DNA of 64,000 nt, taken from assembly GCA_002269645.1 (NCBI GenBank), contig NIVC01001034.1, positions 34,060-98,059 of the forward strand, written 5' to 3'. Below are positions 10,931-24,799 of the stretch, piece by piece. This DNA comes from Macrostomum lignano. Taxonomy: Eukaryota. The position numbers and the translations under genes are program-made. The notes below the pieces were generated by a model. That model did no database searches. It was not told the origin of the DNA and saw only the letters and a list, made by a program, of their open reading frames with translations. How positions within the stretch are numbered: the first letter of the stretch is position 1; each line of letters begins with the position of its first letter.

Positions 10931-13900
10931 GAACCTAATGCTTTAGCTTATCAATAATAAGTAGCTACGAGTAGCAAGATAAGCCATTTACTGAGTACGC
11001 TAAACCGTACGTCTACACCTTTAGCTTACAAGCAGCTAATCAGGTTGGCTAATAAGTACCTTTCTTTTATCTGATAAATTTCTAATAGTTTGTCTAATTT
11101 CTGTATTTTAGTGAGTGATGATTTCAATTATTAGTATTCTAAAAGAATTGCACAAGATGTTTACTGATTTTCTATTTTTTAATTGTAAATTATAATCATG
11201 GTAAGAGACAAATACATGTACTTTTTGTGGGTTTTTTCAAAATCGTGTTTTTGATGTAGAAGAGATTTAATTATGAATTTTGTATTAATAATTTACTGTA
11301 AATTGTAATCTTTATTATCGCTTCTATTTTTGTAAAGTAACTATTGGACCATACGAGCGTAGTTTTAATATTTTGTCCGTGTTTAACAAATTATATTTTG
11401 ACTGATTTTGCACCCTTTTCTAAATTTACATTTACTGAATAAAATGTTTTATTGAAAGCTATATTGTTACTCTAGCACTGCTGCTGCTTGCTTCTAATTT
11501 ATACAGCTGTTTTGTATTATTAAATTGTTAGCGCCAAGCGTAACTTTGTTTTCTTCATTCATTTCTGGTTGTTTTTTCTTGCATGGCCATTTTTGCTTAT
11601 AACAGTTGTTATTTATATGCTTGGCTAATTGATTCGTTTGCTTTTAGTTTACACGCGCTTTTATGCATCTATGTTATGCGCATAGACGAAAATTTGTTTT
11701 ACTTCGTCTGCTAACACAATCTTCGCTCCGTTGCTAGTGTGTCTTGTCGGTGTGTCTTTCTGGTGTTGATATTTTAAAAAGAATACTCCAAAAATTTATA
11801 ATACATATTTTTTATTACAATGTGTTTGATCAGATATAGTAAACGACTGTTGTTTAAAGGTATTTCACTCGAATAATATGTGCATTCAAAACTTAGATTA
11901 AAATATTGGTTTGTACTGTCACAACTTCTAGGCTACTACTCATTAGAGGGTTCTGTGCATTTTGCGTTATGATTTTAATTTGTTTGCCGCGTCAGTTGCT
12001 AAACTTTAAACTTATATAATTATTCGTGCTACAACCAACTTTTAATTTTAATTATATTAGATTGCTCCTCTTGACGGCTTGCTTCGTCTCATCCTTTTTT
12101 TGAAAAAACTTCGCTTTTTATTGTTTGTTCAATCAATAAAACCTTTGTGTAAATGTATTTTTATTTGGCCATGCAAACCTACTTTATCAAAATTAAATCG
12201 TTTTAATCGTACGGTCACAAACTCGTTGCCGATATTGTCTTTTAAGTCTTTTAAAGTAATTAGGGTAAGTAGGCTAACGTTGCGGTTATTAAGAAACTAA
12301 GAGTAATGGGCGGCCTGCCACAGTCACCAAAATGAATCAAATCGGATTACGATTTGTAAGTTAACACATTGCATGTAGTACAAAAAAGTAATAGCAAAGG
12401 TGTACGTGTACTGTGTACGACATTTTGGTTAGTTTTTAGCGAACGTTCCATTTATGCTGAAGATAAGTGTTATCATTCACCGTTCGCCTTCCATGCGCAA
12501 ATGGAAAGAACTTTTCTGACATGCGGGCACAATACGTTGTATTGCAAAAAGCGGCACTCCTGTGTTAACAACAGTAATAACGCAGACATAGAGTACGTAA
12601 AGATTTTTTACAACCTAATACCTTATTAAAAAAATTTTAAAACATCAAAGTAAAGGTTTTATTTTAAATTTATCTAAGCATAAGGAATTTTATTAGTTTT
12701 GTTATAACTCTTTGAAACGGTTTTTGTCCAATCTGCATTGGCACTTTTAAAAGTCAATTGCGCTCCATTATTCATTTTGCTTACGATAAGTGTAGTGGCC
12801 TATTGTACACAGTACAAGCGTGTCCTATAATCTACACGCTGATGTGTTTGAACCTTAGCCCTTGATTTCAGTAACTCAGAAGACCAGGTAGGACTGACGC
12901 CCATGTCAGTCTGCGTGGCCGAAATTTATAAATAATACAGATGTTCAAGTTTCAACTAAGCTAGGCCTATCCTGCCATGTTAAACCTATTTTCTAGTTTG
13001 CAGAATTAATACCACTTGCACTGTTGCAGTAGGTCCGCCCAGTGAGCCTAAGCCTAGCTGCTTAGTTAGCTAGTTAGGCTAACATTACACATCGTCTACT
13101 TAGCTTATTTTAAATCACTTTGCCTAAAACAGCCTAAGCCTACTAGCTGGATTAAGGGTGTGGTGACATTCGTCTAGGGCTGGGCATATAGGCCTAATTA
13201 CATTTCTAAGTATTCATTAATAGCCCATCTAAAAACAATATATCTACTATAGTATATGGATCATATTATTAGATAGAAGCATAGGCCTACTGCATTTGTA
13301 ATATATAAAGTGCACCCTTGACCCTTCACCCTTAGGGCCTTAGCTTAATGGCCCAAATGCATTATTTAACAATTTTGTCTTGACTCGAGTTTGGTATTAG
13401 GTATTATTTCTGTTAGTTATAAAATGTAAAAGAAATTAAGAAATTTGCAATATATATTAGTATAGTAGGGCCTATATTTAAATTATAAATATAATAAAAG
13501 TTGGCCCCTATAAGAATTATAACTTATAGGCCTACACTATTCCACTTAGGCAATTATTATTAGTGTCATTAGTAAATTGTATATAATTATATTGTAATGC
13601 TTTATTATGTTATTATATTGCAATGCAATGCCATTGCCATTGCCAATAATGCAACTAGAAATTTGTTAAGGTGGGGTAGATTCTTAAACTTAAGGTAAAG
13701 ACTTTAAAAAATGAGAGTTAGAAGCAGTGGCAGAGGAGATAGCTTTGTAACCTTTCTGTTTTGGGAAATAGTTTGCTTTGTCCCCACTTTTAATTTCTTA
13801 GGTCTCTACCTTAGGGGGAGATAAAATCTTCCCTTGCTAGGGTGTATCTTACATATCAAGTGCACAAAGAAATGGCATTCTTTCATTTTACAATCACCTA

Positions 13901-14062
13901 GCACTGTCCCTATGGGAGTCGGGACTTTTGTTATACAATCCCCCACCCACAGAGAACAGAAAATTGCTCTTAAAATTGAACTTCAAAATGGGACCACTTC
14001 TAAGTGTGTCATTTTAACAAAAAATATTGTGTCTTATAGAAGTTAGAAGCCTGTCCTTACTC

Positions 14063-14713
14063 CTTATATTCACTTTCAATGCAATCATTTAAATGGTGAA
14101 GTTATATATAGATGATTGCAAGACAAAACCGAAAGAGCTTGTAGATTTTAAGTTACAATCACACCAAAAGTAAAATTGTATTGGAGGGATTGTATGACAA
14201 AATGGTAGGAAATTGTTGCTATAATAGACATTTCAACCAAGCAATCAATTGCAGCCTCTAATATGTCCGCGAACCAAAAGCCACCCACTTTTTATATGGC
14301 TCTTTTTGCACGGCCTTTTTGGGCGCCAACGCTACCCCATGCCCCCCCCTCACTTTTGTCATACAATCACCACTCGGTATAATACATAGGTCCAATGAAC
14401 TGGGGGATCGTATGACAAAAATGAGGGGGCGGCGCTTGTGAATCTTATAATGAATACAATTTCATTCTTGAACCCTATAGATTTTTTATGGAGATCGATA
14501 TAGCAGTTTGTATCCAAAGCTGCTGTGAACTGGTGCAACTTTGCCAGGGATATAATGTGTAATCCATTCACTTTTGTCATACAATCCCTTTAATACAATT
14601 CTACCAATGTGGTGATCGTAATTCAAAACCTACAAGCTCTTTTGGTTTCGTCTTGCAATCATCTACATATAACTTCACCATTTAAATAATTGTATAACAA
14701 AAAAGAATATAAG
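14063..14713. mobile_element. Fold-back/MITE-like element with ~150-bp diverged terminal inverted repeats
   Basis: 14063-14215 is the reverse complement of ~14565-14713 (e.g. ATTTAAATGGTGAAGTTATAT..AGATGATTGCAAGAC). No clear TSD. Confidence 0.65.
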
Positions 14714-16144
14714 CTACATGCTTTCATAACTAATGCTACGCCGACAATCCTCAAGTTGACTGAAAAGTGAGTTGCAGTGATAAATTAGGTTGACTGGAAA
14801 GTGAGTTGCAATGATTTTGTTCTTGGAAAATAAATGTGAAATGTACTTTTTTGTTAAACTAGAGTGTCTTTTCGACTCTTTTTTAATGGAGATCGTAAGA
14901 CAAAACTTGACCTGCTCAGGGATTGTAAAACAAAAGAATGCCAAAAATTTGACCAAGAAAATTACACAAAGGATTTTTGCTAGAAAAGTGCATATAATAT
15001 ACTATTGAATTTAAATGAAGCAATGATAATACTATTACCAATATTGATTTACTAAAGCTTCAAAGCCATAGTTTAGATATTGTATTAGTATATGCCAGAT
15101 CTAATGCCAGAAAAAGTTACAAAACTTTGTTTATACACTTGATCTAAAAATGTATTATTGACAATATTTTTTTTATTGTATCATGAATGCTAGGATATAC
15201 TAACATATGCCAAAAAATGACAAGTTCCCTTGTTGTATACTCAGAAATATTGGTATATATGTTGCCTATACTCTAGATCATGTTGGATACATACCACAAT
15301 ATATACCAAGGAGTTTTTTGTTTGCACACTTATTGCTTGCCATGCTGACCAATTACATGCCATGTATGCCATTGACAATAATTAACAATAGGTTTACAAA
15401 CAAAAGCAAAAAATACATGCAAACATTATGTTTTAAAAATGCAGAAAAAGAACAAGGCTTGAAAAAATGTATAACCATAGGTATTTAAGCTCCTGAATAT
15501 ATTAAAAATAAAAAAGATGAAGTAGATTTTATGAGACTGTGAGTATTTTCAGAAATTTTAAAAGACTGCCCCACTATGATTATATCATACCACATGCACA
15601 TTCTATGCCATCAATCTATTCCATGACATAGGGCATAGGGCCAATATGCCACATACCAAAATGCATGCCAGAAAATTCCAATTGTGATGTATGCATTCCA
15701 GAGTATGGCATGTATGGCCTTCTAAACTATGTCCTTAGAGCCAAAGAAGAAAAGTTCTGAAGTTTTGTTGAATTTAATTAGGTAAATACATTAGCAGAAA
15801 AAAAGTAATTTAGCATTTCTTTAATTCGGCTGGCTTTGCTTAAAGTTTTAAATGGTTTTATATAAAGGCAAGCTATGCTTGTCTTTTATTTGGTAATTTT
15901 AACCAAATATCAAAAATTCTATTACTTATTACTTGCATGATTTAAAAGTCTACCACAAGTTACTAAATAAAATTCTGCAGAATTAGAGTCGGTTTCTAAC
16001 TTCTACACAGCTTGTTATCTGATTTCCCTATTATCTACCCCTCCAAATTTGGCTTAGGACAAGCCAGAGTTTGTTTCTATTGTTACAAATCAGCAACAGG
16101 GATCACGAGTTACTGCCGTTTCACCGGCCTGTTTGTCACATTTT

Positions 16145-19100
16145 ATGGAAAGTGTTAAGGACGGTGAGTAGTTTTATAGTTATCTGTCTTAGTTTAACTA
16201 AAGTGAATGTTACATACATACATGTCCATTAATTACAGACCTCAAGCGCTCCAATATGGATCACACTAATGAGCCTCCAAGCAAACGCCAGTTCACAGGT
16301 TCTAGGATTGAATTGCGCTTCTTGATACCATCCAAGGTTAGCTTTAAAATGATTTATGGCTGGATTGTTGCTTTGATTGACTTAAAGAGTAAAAGAGTCA
16401 GTAATGACGAACCATATTAAAATTAAAATAATTGTTAATTCCACTTTAGATGGCCGGCGTTATCATTGGCAAAGGAGGCAGCAATATTAAGAGAATGCGC
16501 GAGGAGGTAAGACAAAATTCTTGATCTTTTATTTCATTTTATTCGAATCGTGATTACATTTAAAGAGCCTTGAATCTTTCAGTTTAGTTTTGAAAAATTG
16601 GGTTTTTTAGTTCATGTTTTAATGCCAATCTGAAGTAAAGGCATAGAACTCGCTAGTTAGCATTTTTAGTCTACTAATTTGGTAAGAATTGGTGTGTTAA
16701 TTGTCCGTGTACGAGTATTTACCATCGGTTTATTTGTATTACCAATATTGATGATTATTTATCCACCAGTGTCGCAGATTTTCATCAAACTACAGAATCC
16801 CTTTCTCAAATCTAGTAGAGCAGAGAGCACAGAAGCTCGTGTTTGCCGACGTCCCGGTCCCGTCTACCAGAAGACTTTGGGGGCTGACTGGGTGACCGAT
16901 TGAATATTATTCCTGTCAGTCGCCTTGTTCCGCAACCGTTCGGTCCACCACACCTGACTGGCAGCGCCTGTTTACTCCTATCTGCCTGGCCTACGTTTTG
17001 ACTTGACCATCGGGCCTTTTATAACCTCCCTGTGGGTTTCCGGCCCGTGTACATACGAGCGCGCGACTCGCAGCTACATGACAGCTCTTGCGATCAGTGG
17101 CCAACCTAATTAACTAACTTGACCGTTTTGTTAAGATTTGCATTTATTCTATATAATGCAATTATTGCAAAACTCGCTCTATTCAAATAATTCCAGGGGA
17201 CCTATTGACTAATTGACTTATTTAAATGCCTATTTTTGGCTCCTTAAGGGAGCCCACCTGCGCCTGTCAGCTACTGCCCGCGGCCGCCGACCTTAATAGC
17301 CTCCTGCCATCTCCGCCCCGTTTCTCCGCTTTCCAGTACTCCGCCAAAGTGTCCGTACCCGATTCCAATGGCCCTGAACGGTACTAGTCCCCTATTTGTT
17401 TTTTTGTCTGATATTATTTTGCATACCATGTGTTTTCATAGCAATTGTCCATTCTCTGCATCTGTTTCCCTCAACTAAGAAGCAAACATATCTCTTAAGT
17501 AAGATAAGATTAAAAATCACTCAGAAATCTAAATTCACAATCACTGGTTTTCGCTTATTGAGTTCTTCTTAAGCAGACTTTCTTCCTCGCAACTGCTACT
17601 TTCCATCTCGCAATTGAGTCATACTGTTGAGTAGCTTTAAATTATTCCTTTATGCAATTGAATTCGTCTAAAATGCGAAAAAACCTGTCGTCCGCTAATA
17701 CTTTCCTAATTTATGGGAGCTAAATTTAGATAACGCAATAGACAGCTGCGTTCATAGTTTGCTAAACATTCCGTCCGAGTCTTGATTTATTCAAAAGCAA
17801 AGCATTTGTGGACAAGATGTTTTGCAGTTTCGACGAATTCAACCGCGAATGGGTACATTAAAAGCTATTTTAAGCCACCTAGTTCACTTATCCCTATTAC
17901 TGATAAGAATAAGATTAGGTCCAAGCCGAAGAAACTCCCGTTTATAGACTACTGTAAGTAAATTAACAAACCACATATAAGTCGATAATAGCTATAAGTA
18001 GAATTACCACCGGAGTTAATAGTAGAAAAATCTTGTTACTCGTCAATGTTATAAGACTTACGCTTATCCCCCCCCCAAAATTCACCGACTCTCCGAATGT
18101 TCAGCGTGTTCACCCTGGAAGGCGAGCCCGACACTCTGCAGAGCATTCTGCGCGATCTATTCAACGCTTTATTGGAGGAATCTGCCGGACGCGACTCGCA
18201 TCAGGGCGCCGTTAGTAGCACCGGCGAGATCGACATGCGACTATTGGTGCACCAGTCTCAGGCTGGCTGCGTTATTGGCAAAGCTGGCGCCAAGATTAAG
18301 GAACTGCGAGAGGAGTCGCGTCTGCGAGCCCTTAAGGTTCGTAGCTTAATGTATCTGTATTCATTTTTTTCGGTCGCAGTGTAATTATCTGGTCATAGCT
18401 TCTAATCATGAGAATCGCTCATCAAGCCAGTCTAGCCATTGCCATTGAGAATCGCTCAACAAGCTAGTCTAGCCATTGGCATTGAGAATCGCTCATCAAG
18501 CCAGTCTAGTCATTGCCATTGAGAATCGCTTAACAAGCTAGTCTAGCCATTGGCATTGAGAATCGCTCATCAAGCCAGTCTAGTCATTGCCATTGAGAAT
18601 CGCTCATCAAGCTAGTCCAGCCATTGGCATTGAGAATCGCTCATCAAGCCAGTCTAGTCATTGCCATTGAGAATCGCTCATCAAGCCAGTCTAGCCATTG
18701 GCATTGAGAATCGCTCATCAAGCCAGTCTAGTCATTGCCATTGAGAATCGCTCATCAAGCTAGTCCAGCCATTGGCATTGAGAATCGCTCATCAAGCTAG
18801 TCCAGCCATTGGCATTGAGAATCGCTCATCAAGCCAGTCTAGTCATTGCCATTGAGAATCGCTCATCAAGCCAGTCTAGCCATTGGCATTGAGAATCGCT
18901 CATCAAGCCAGTCTAGTCATTGCCATTGAGAATCGCTCATCAAGCCAGTCTAGCCATTGGCATTGAGAATCGCTCATCAAGCTAGTCTAGCTATTGATAA
19001 TCGCCCTTCAGAGGTTCGATTATAACAATGGTCTGTTTTAGATAATCTTTATAACTGACCGACCACCACTGCCACAGGTGTACTCGAACCCCTGCCCGGT

Positions 19101-20656
19101 GTCCACCGATCGGGTTGTACAGCTGGTTGGCGCGCCTGAAGAGCTGCTGAAATCCATCCAGATGGTGTTGGAACTGCTGGAGCTGGCTCCGCCTAAAGGC
19201 CAGGTGGCCAACTATGATGCCAGAAATTTCGACGAATTTAACTATGAACAGTATGGCGGCTGGATTGGCGGCGGCCAAACTCGATCCGTCCGGCCCGATG
19301 GCATCGGCAACATGGGCGGCCCAGTTGGCTACGGCGCTGCTCCGCCCCACCACATGGGCCGAGGCGGGATGCCGCCGCAGCCGGCCGCGCCTCAGGCTAT
19401 GCAACGGGGCGGACCGCAGCTTGGCGGTCCTCCGATGGGCGGCGCTATGCAGCCTGGCGCTCCGCCTCCGCCGCCTGGCGCATTCGGCGGTCCGAGGCCA
19501 GGAGCTCCGCGCGGTATGGAGACAACCCAGCAGGTGCGTAATCAATTAGGAGTGAGTAATGAGTCAACCAACTCTGGTTGTCATTGGCTCATAGATAAAC
19601 TGCTATTGCTACTGATGAGTAGCATATTAAACCGTTCTGTTTCATTGCAAAACCCAAACTTGAATTAACCCAGGTATCGATCCCAGACTCGCTCACCGGC
19701 TCCATCATGGGCCGAGGCGGCCAGCGGATTAAACAGATTCGCATGGAATCTGGCGCCGATATCAAAATTGACAAGGGCGAGCCAGGCCAAGATCGGATCA
19801 TTACTATTAGGGGATCGCAGGAGCAGATTCAGAATGCTCAGTACCTGCTGCAGATGTGGTAAGTGTGTTATCTAGCTTTGCTGTTCACCGTTTATTATAA
19901 GCTGTCTTTGTATATTGTATGCACGTGTTGTATGCTGTCTATATGTTGTGTACCGTTACTAAAATGGCTATTTGTTTGCACCTGACCCTCCAATATCCCC
20001 ATATTCCCCCGAGTACCATATGGCTAGCCGGGCGTGGAAGACCAGTGTTTGTTGTCCCGCTGTGATATCTGACGAGAATAGAAGGAGGAAAGAAAAGAGG
20101 GCAAATTTAATAGACAATGCAGCAAATTAGTTTTGGTTTGCAGTTATCCAACTGTGCTTGTCCCGTATTTATATTCCAGTGCTGCCTTTATATTCACCCC
20201 AGTGTGATGACGGACTGAAGCATGTGTGGTGTGCTAAGTTTTGTACTCTTTCTGTGCAATCATCATTACTGTTATTTGCTTGCTAAATTATTTTTGTTTT
20301 TTTCTTTCCCTTTTCTATTCGTTCGTTTTGGGCCAACAATTACTGTCTTCCGCGTTTGCAGCCCCTGATCATCGAATAAGATTATTGCTCTCCCTCAGCT
20401 GTCACGCACTTGCATGTTAGCTGTTGTACTGTCAATTAACAATTAACATACATCAGTCATTAGATTTTGCGCAATGCAAGTTAAGCAGATTTGGCCGTGG
20501 TTAGTATGAACTGCTAGAGCTGTCTTGGACTGCATGGCCACCTTGCGTATTTTATATTTCAGTTCATCTCACACCTCGATAATCCTGCTTAATCCCAAAA
20601 AATCGACCCCCCCAATCTTCACTTGCAGCGTGAAGAAGTACTCCGGACAGTACTAA
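16145..20656 (+). CDS. HNRNPK: Heterogeneous nuclear ribonucleoprotein K (3 KH domains), ~372 aa
   Basis: Exons 16145-16163, 16239-16336, 16450-16506, 17337-17380, 18105-18336, 19078-19533, 19674-19858, 20629-20656 (1119 nt, phases consistent). KH motifs [46 protein letters not shown] and [30 protein letters not shown]. Ends [18 protein letters not shown], like vertebrate hnRNP K. Confidence 0.93.
18410..18992. repeat. 37-bp minisatellite (GAGAATCGCTCATCAAGCCAGTCTAGCCATTGGCATT), ~15 copies, hnRNP K intron 5
   Basis: Directly visible. Confidence 0.95.
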
Positions 20657-22929
20657 GTCGGGATGCTGATATCCCTCAGTCGCTGGATGAATTTGATCGA
20701 CTTACGAATACACAAACCGTGCGACTCTCGTATGACTAAAATCGATATGATCAACTGTTTTCATTGCATTCTGTGACTGTTTTGGTTCTCTAATCCATTT
20801 TCCCTAAAATATTCAATAATCGTTACTTAAAAACAGGATCACACTGCAATCTTCGCGTTTTTGGGAATCTGGGGATCTTTAAACCCTTTTGGTATGTCGG
20901 TTGTGCCTGTTTAACTTCTCGTTCCTTTTGTTGCAAATATTCATTATGCTATATATTTTTGCGTACAACTTTTATTACGCGTGTATTTTTATATAGCTTA
21001 ATAATAACCATTTTACTAGGCGGCTATGTATGTTGTAAATTATTTAGCTAGCTACTATAGTAAACCAAGCCTCTAAATTCGGGAAAATTGTGCGTAAATC
21101 CCTCTCCAACCAAACCCCCGTTTATACTAGCTGTTTGTTTCTACTTATTGTCACTTCTATAAGTAGTATAGTAAGTCCCATTTTCCCCTTAACTTTGTTT
21201 CGCAACAGCAAATATACTACCAATTTATTAAGCTGACTCCTATTCATTGTTTAGTTCTTATAATAAATCCAAAAGTCTTCAAATAGCAACAGCAAACAAA
21301 TTCACTTCGTTGTCTTTTTTCGATTTGCGTTAAAGCGACTTGACTTACTGAACTTCGCGGGAGGAGGATGCTCCTGTCAAAATGGTGATGAGGTGTCCAA
21401 TTAGTATCAAACCTATCTGACTGCCTTGGCAGAGAGTGAACATGCATTGTACACTTCTATTGCGCAGGAGAGCGTACATCTCTTGGCATTTTCGCGGCCG
21501 TGGCCAGTCACCGCGATGCCCAGATTATAAAAAAACGCGGTTATTAATAATACAGCTAGCTCTAAAATTGGATACACGTGTTGTATTTTAATTATAGTTC
21601 TCTATTAATGTCTGACAAAAAATTTGATCGACTAAACGCAGTAATAACTATTCCTACGGCATATCTGCTTGCTGTATCAGTTCGATGTCTGACAGCCGGC
21701 TTGTGTACGTAGCTAGATATATAGTTATTATCGAGAATATCATTGTACTTCAGACTGGTAGATACCAAGTTCCGATCCTATAGTCGACTAGTGATTATTT
21801 CATTTCTATAAATTTGGGAAATTGCTAAATTTGGTGCCTACGGCTTGCCCCGCAACGATGCCAATACTGCATGTAACAGTGTAGAAGACAAGTACATGGT
21901 CGCATGATATGTGTGTACTGTTTTAATTTCTGTTTATATCCTAATGTATTACCGGTACATGATTACATTTACAAACATGGTACATTTTTATGTAACTTAC
22001 TGTAAATGTATGTAGCTCTTTCTTGTGAACTGATATAATGTACATGTAAAACTTTCTCGTTATTACACTTGTTTTATACCAGTGTAAATTACGAAAGGTT
22101 ACATAGTCCATATACATGTTACATTTAGGATCTTGAGGCTTATAAATTGAAACTGATTCAAATTGAAAGTGATGCTAGCATGTCAGATATTTTTTTTAAA
22201 TAATTCAGATCATTAAAAGAGCCAATTGGCTTTCACAATTAAATACGAGCGTGTTTGTATTTTAATGGTTACAGTGAGACTATATATAACTATTTTTAAT
22301 TAGTACGTTTAATAGATCAAAATATGAAATTAGATGCGCAATGCAATGTGACATACATTATAATGTGAAGCTGTACATGTATTAACATTTGCTTGTCAAA
22401 TACTACTCAAATTTTACCGAAAAATTACATTACGAAGATAGAAGGTTGTCATTTTTTCATCACAAAAATTGTTGTTGCTTTTGATAGGAGGGCCGACCCA
22501 ATGTTCTGCATCTTTATTATAAGCTCTATATATTGATATTCATATACAGCTTTCGTTTTTATAAAATTATGATTCTGCACATACAGAACTAATTTTCTAA
22601 ACGAAAAGTATTATGAATATCAATAGATCGAGAGCTATAGATAGGAAAGGCAAGACATATCAAAAGATGAACACTGGGTCTGCCTCCTATCCAAAGCAAT
22701 AACATTTTTTGTGCCGAAAAATGAAAACCTAGCTCCTATCTCCGTAGTGTATTTCCGCGGTAAAAACCTGCCTCCTAAAAATTTCCAAGAAATGTACGTT
22801 CCCGTCCTACTTGAGTAGTCCTTGGTACATAAAGAGAGACACGCATATGCACATATGCAACGACTATATTTAGCTATTAGTAATGCGTTTACATTATCTA
22901 CATCATTGAAATTACATGTATATCAGCTG

Positions 22930-23380
22930 TCAAGAAAAAACTGTCAACTCCACTTTCCATGGACTTAATTGGACTTTCGATTTCGATGATGCCGACTCGC
23001 CGATGCGCTGATTGACAGCTGCAGGCGACTCTCCTGTAGCATCCTCGGTCCGTACACATTCCTGTTCAAGCCGGATTCGCTTACTGATGTCCTGATGGCC
23101 GGATTCAGGCTGCCGAAGTTCAACTGAATCACTCGATGATGATGAGCGTTTTTGTTGGGCGCAATGCTCGCCAATCGGCTGATCGCGACTGTGTCGCTGT
23201 GGAGGGCTCGCCGTTGCCGCCAGTCTCACCAGCTGGTCTCGAGCTCGGCCGGCCATACCGGCTATCAGTAGGCTGCGTCTCAAATCAATTCCGCTGCGTT
23301 TGCGTCGCTGCTGGAGGGCCTTAGCAACCGACAGCTGTAGAAGTCCGCGAGCTACCGCCACGGCCGAATGGTATCGTTGG

Positions 23381-23415
<35 letters not shown>

Positions 23416-23466
23416 CGGCTTCTCACTACCATCTTCATTGTTCATGATTTCTGTCTGTCTGTCCAT
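22930..23466 (-). CDS. IER5: Immediate-early-response (IER2/IER5/IER5L-like) protein, intronless, 178 aa
   Basis: LLQLSVAKALQQRRKRSGIDLRRSLLIAGMAGRARDQL resembles the IER N-terminal helix motif (LSVWK..SR.QRGGLRLHRSLL..SARELY, recalled). C-terminal LSPWKVELTVF resembles the IER5 ending LSPW..AIVAF. Single exon with an upstream TATA. SERTA-domain proteins are the alternative assignment. Confidence 0.68.
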
Positions 23467-23553
23467 AAGTTGAAACCAATTCTAATGGCCGGCAGCTTAG
23501 TTCAGCTTTTTGAAGAAGTCAGCTGGCGGTCTACAATTCCCATAAACGGTAAA

Positions 23554-23561
23554 TTTTTATA
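23554..23561 (-). promoter_or_regulatory. Candidate TATA box (TATAAAAA) of the IER-like gene
   Basis: About 90 nt upstream of the ATG on -, inside a GC-rich upstream region with CCAAT motifs near 23858 and 23976. Confidence 0.45.
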
Positions 23562-24427
23562 CCGAATGGGGGGGCGGTCGGTCACGGTCGCAGCTTTAAT
23601 AAGCCCAGACGGCCAGACCCTCTCTTTAATTATAGACCTCGCTGCAGTGAAGGCTAAAACTGCCGTGTGCCAGAAAACCGCCCACTCGATTTCTGCCCCC
23701 ACTTCAATTGCACCCACCCCCACTGTGCGCGAGTTTTATTCATCCATGGGTGGGTGGTGTTGGCTTCGTCTGAGCTAAAAATAGAATCGCCGCGGCCGAA
23801 ACAACAACCCCGCCGCCTGATTGTCCTGATATTAACTAAACTGTGCTAAAAATAGCCACCCAATGGAGGGATTCCCCTTCAGCCACCAACCCCCTCCGCG
23901 CCCAGCCCTCTCAATCCAAATGCGGGGGTGTGAAAAACTAAAAAGTCGGTTGGTTCAAGCCTTGACTGCTGTCAGCCAATTTCCATTCACAGTTAAATGC
24001 TGGCTGGGGGCATGGGGGCGGCACGGCGGACTGAAATGAATTATTCTGCACGGACTTTGCTGCTCAAACGGGCCGCGGGCGCTATATTATTGTTTTCGCC
24101 ACATTCAGCAGTTCGTTTCTGGTGCGCTAATTTATAGTTGGATATGCGAGTGTTTCAAAAGCAAATTTTTACCATCTTCAATCACTGTATAATACGTACT
24201 TATACAGTACTTATACAGTTCTTATACATGTACTTATACAGGCTGCGGAATACCTATTTGGTATTTAGAAACGCACTTAATCTGTTGTTATACTAAACAG
24301 ACGTTTACATGTTAATACTTCCAATTCTTGCCTTGGCCATCAGACATACAAGGATTATCCAAGGAGAAAATCGAGATATCATATCCAAAGTATTCTATCA
24401 TTGGAGAGCAGCAACGCTAAAAAATGT

Positions 24428-24697
24428 ACAGTTTTACACTTTACAGTTTACAGTTTACAGTTTACAGTTTACAGTTTACATTTTACAGTTTACAGTTTAC
24501 AGTTTACGAGCGTACAGTTTACAGTTTACAGTTTACAGTTTACAGTTTACAGTTTTCAGTTTACAGTTTACAGTTTACTGTTTTACAGTTTACTGTTTTA
24601 CAGTTTACAGTTTACAGTTAACCGTTTACAGTTTACAGTTTACAGTTTACAGTTTACTGTTTTACAGTTTACAGTTTACAGTTTTACAGTTTACAGC
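24428..24697. repeat. (TTTACAG)n heptamer microsatellite
   Basis: Directly visible. Confidence 0.95.
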
Positions 24698-24799
24698 AAA
24701 CTGTATAAACCGCTTGCTGGTTTCATTTGGAATGATTCATTTGGAATTTGGAAGTCTTTAAAGCTGAATGAAATATTAGGAATTTCAGGACTGAAAAAG

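Noticed and set aside
18410-18992. CRISPR-like 37-bp repeat array
   Set aside because: Units are contiguous with no unique spacers, there are no cas genes, and it lies in a eukaryotic intron.
19600-19630. CTGATGA as a hammerhead core or snoRNA C box in hnRNP K intron 6
   Set aside because: No stem II/GAAA geometry and no D box; only a small local hairpin. Other CTGATGA sites (49402, 54688, ~61587) fail likewise.
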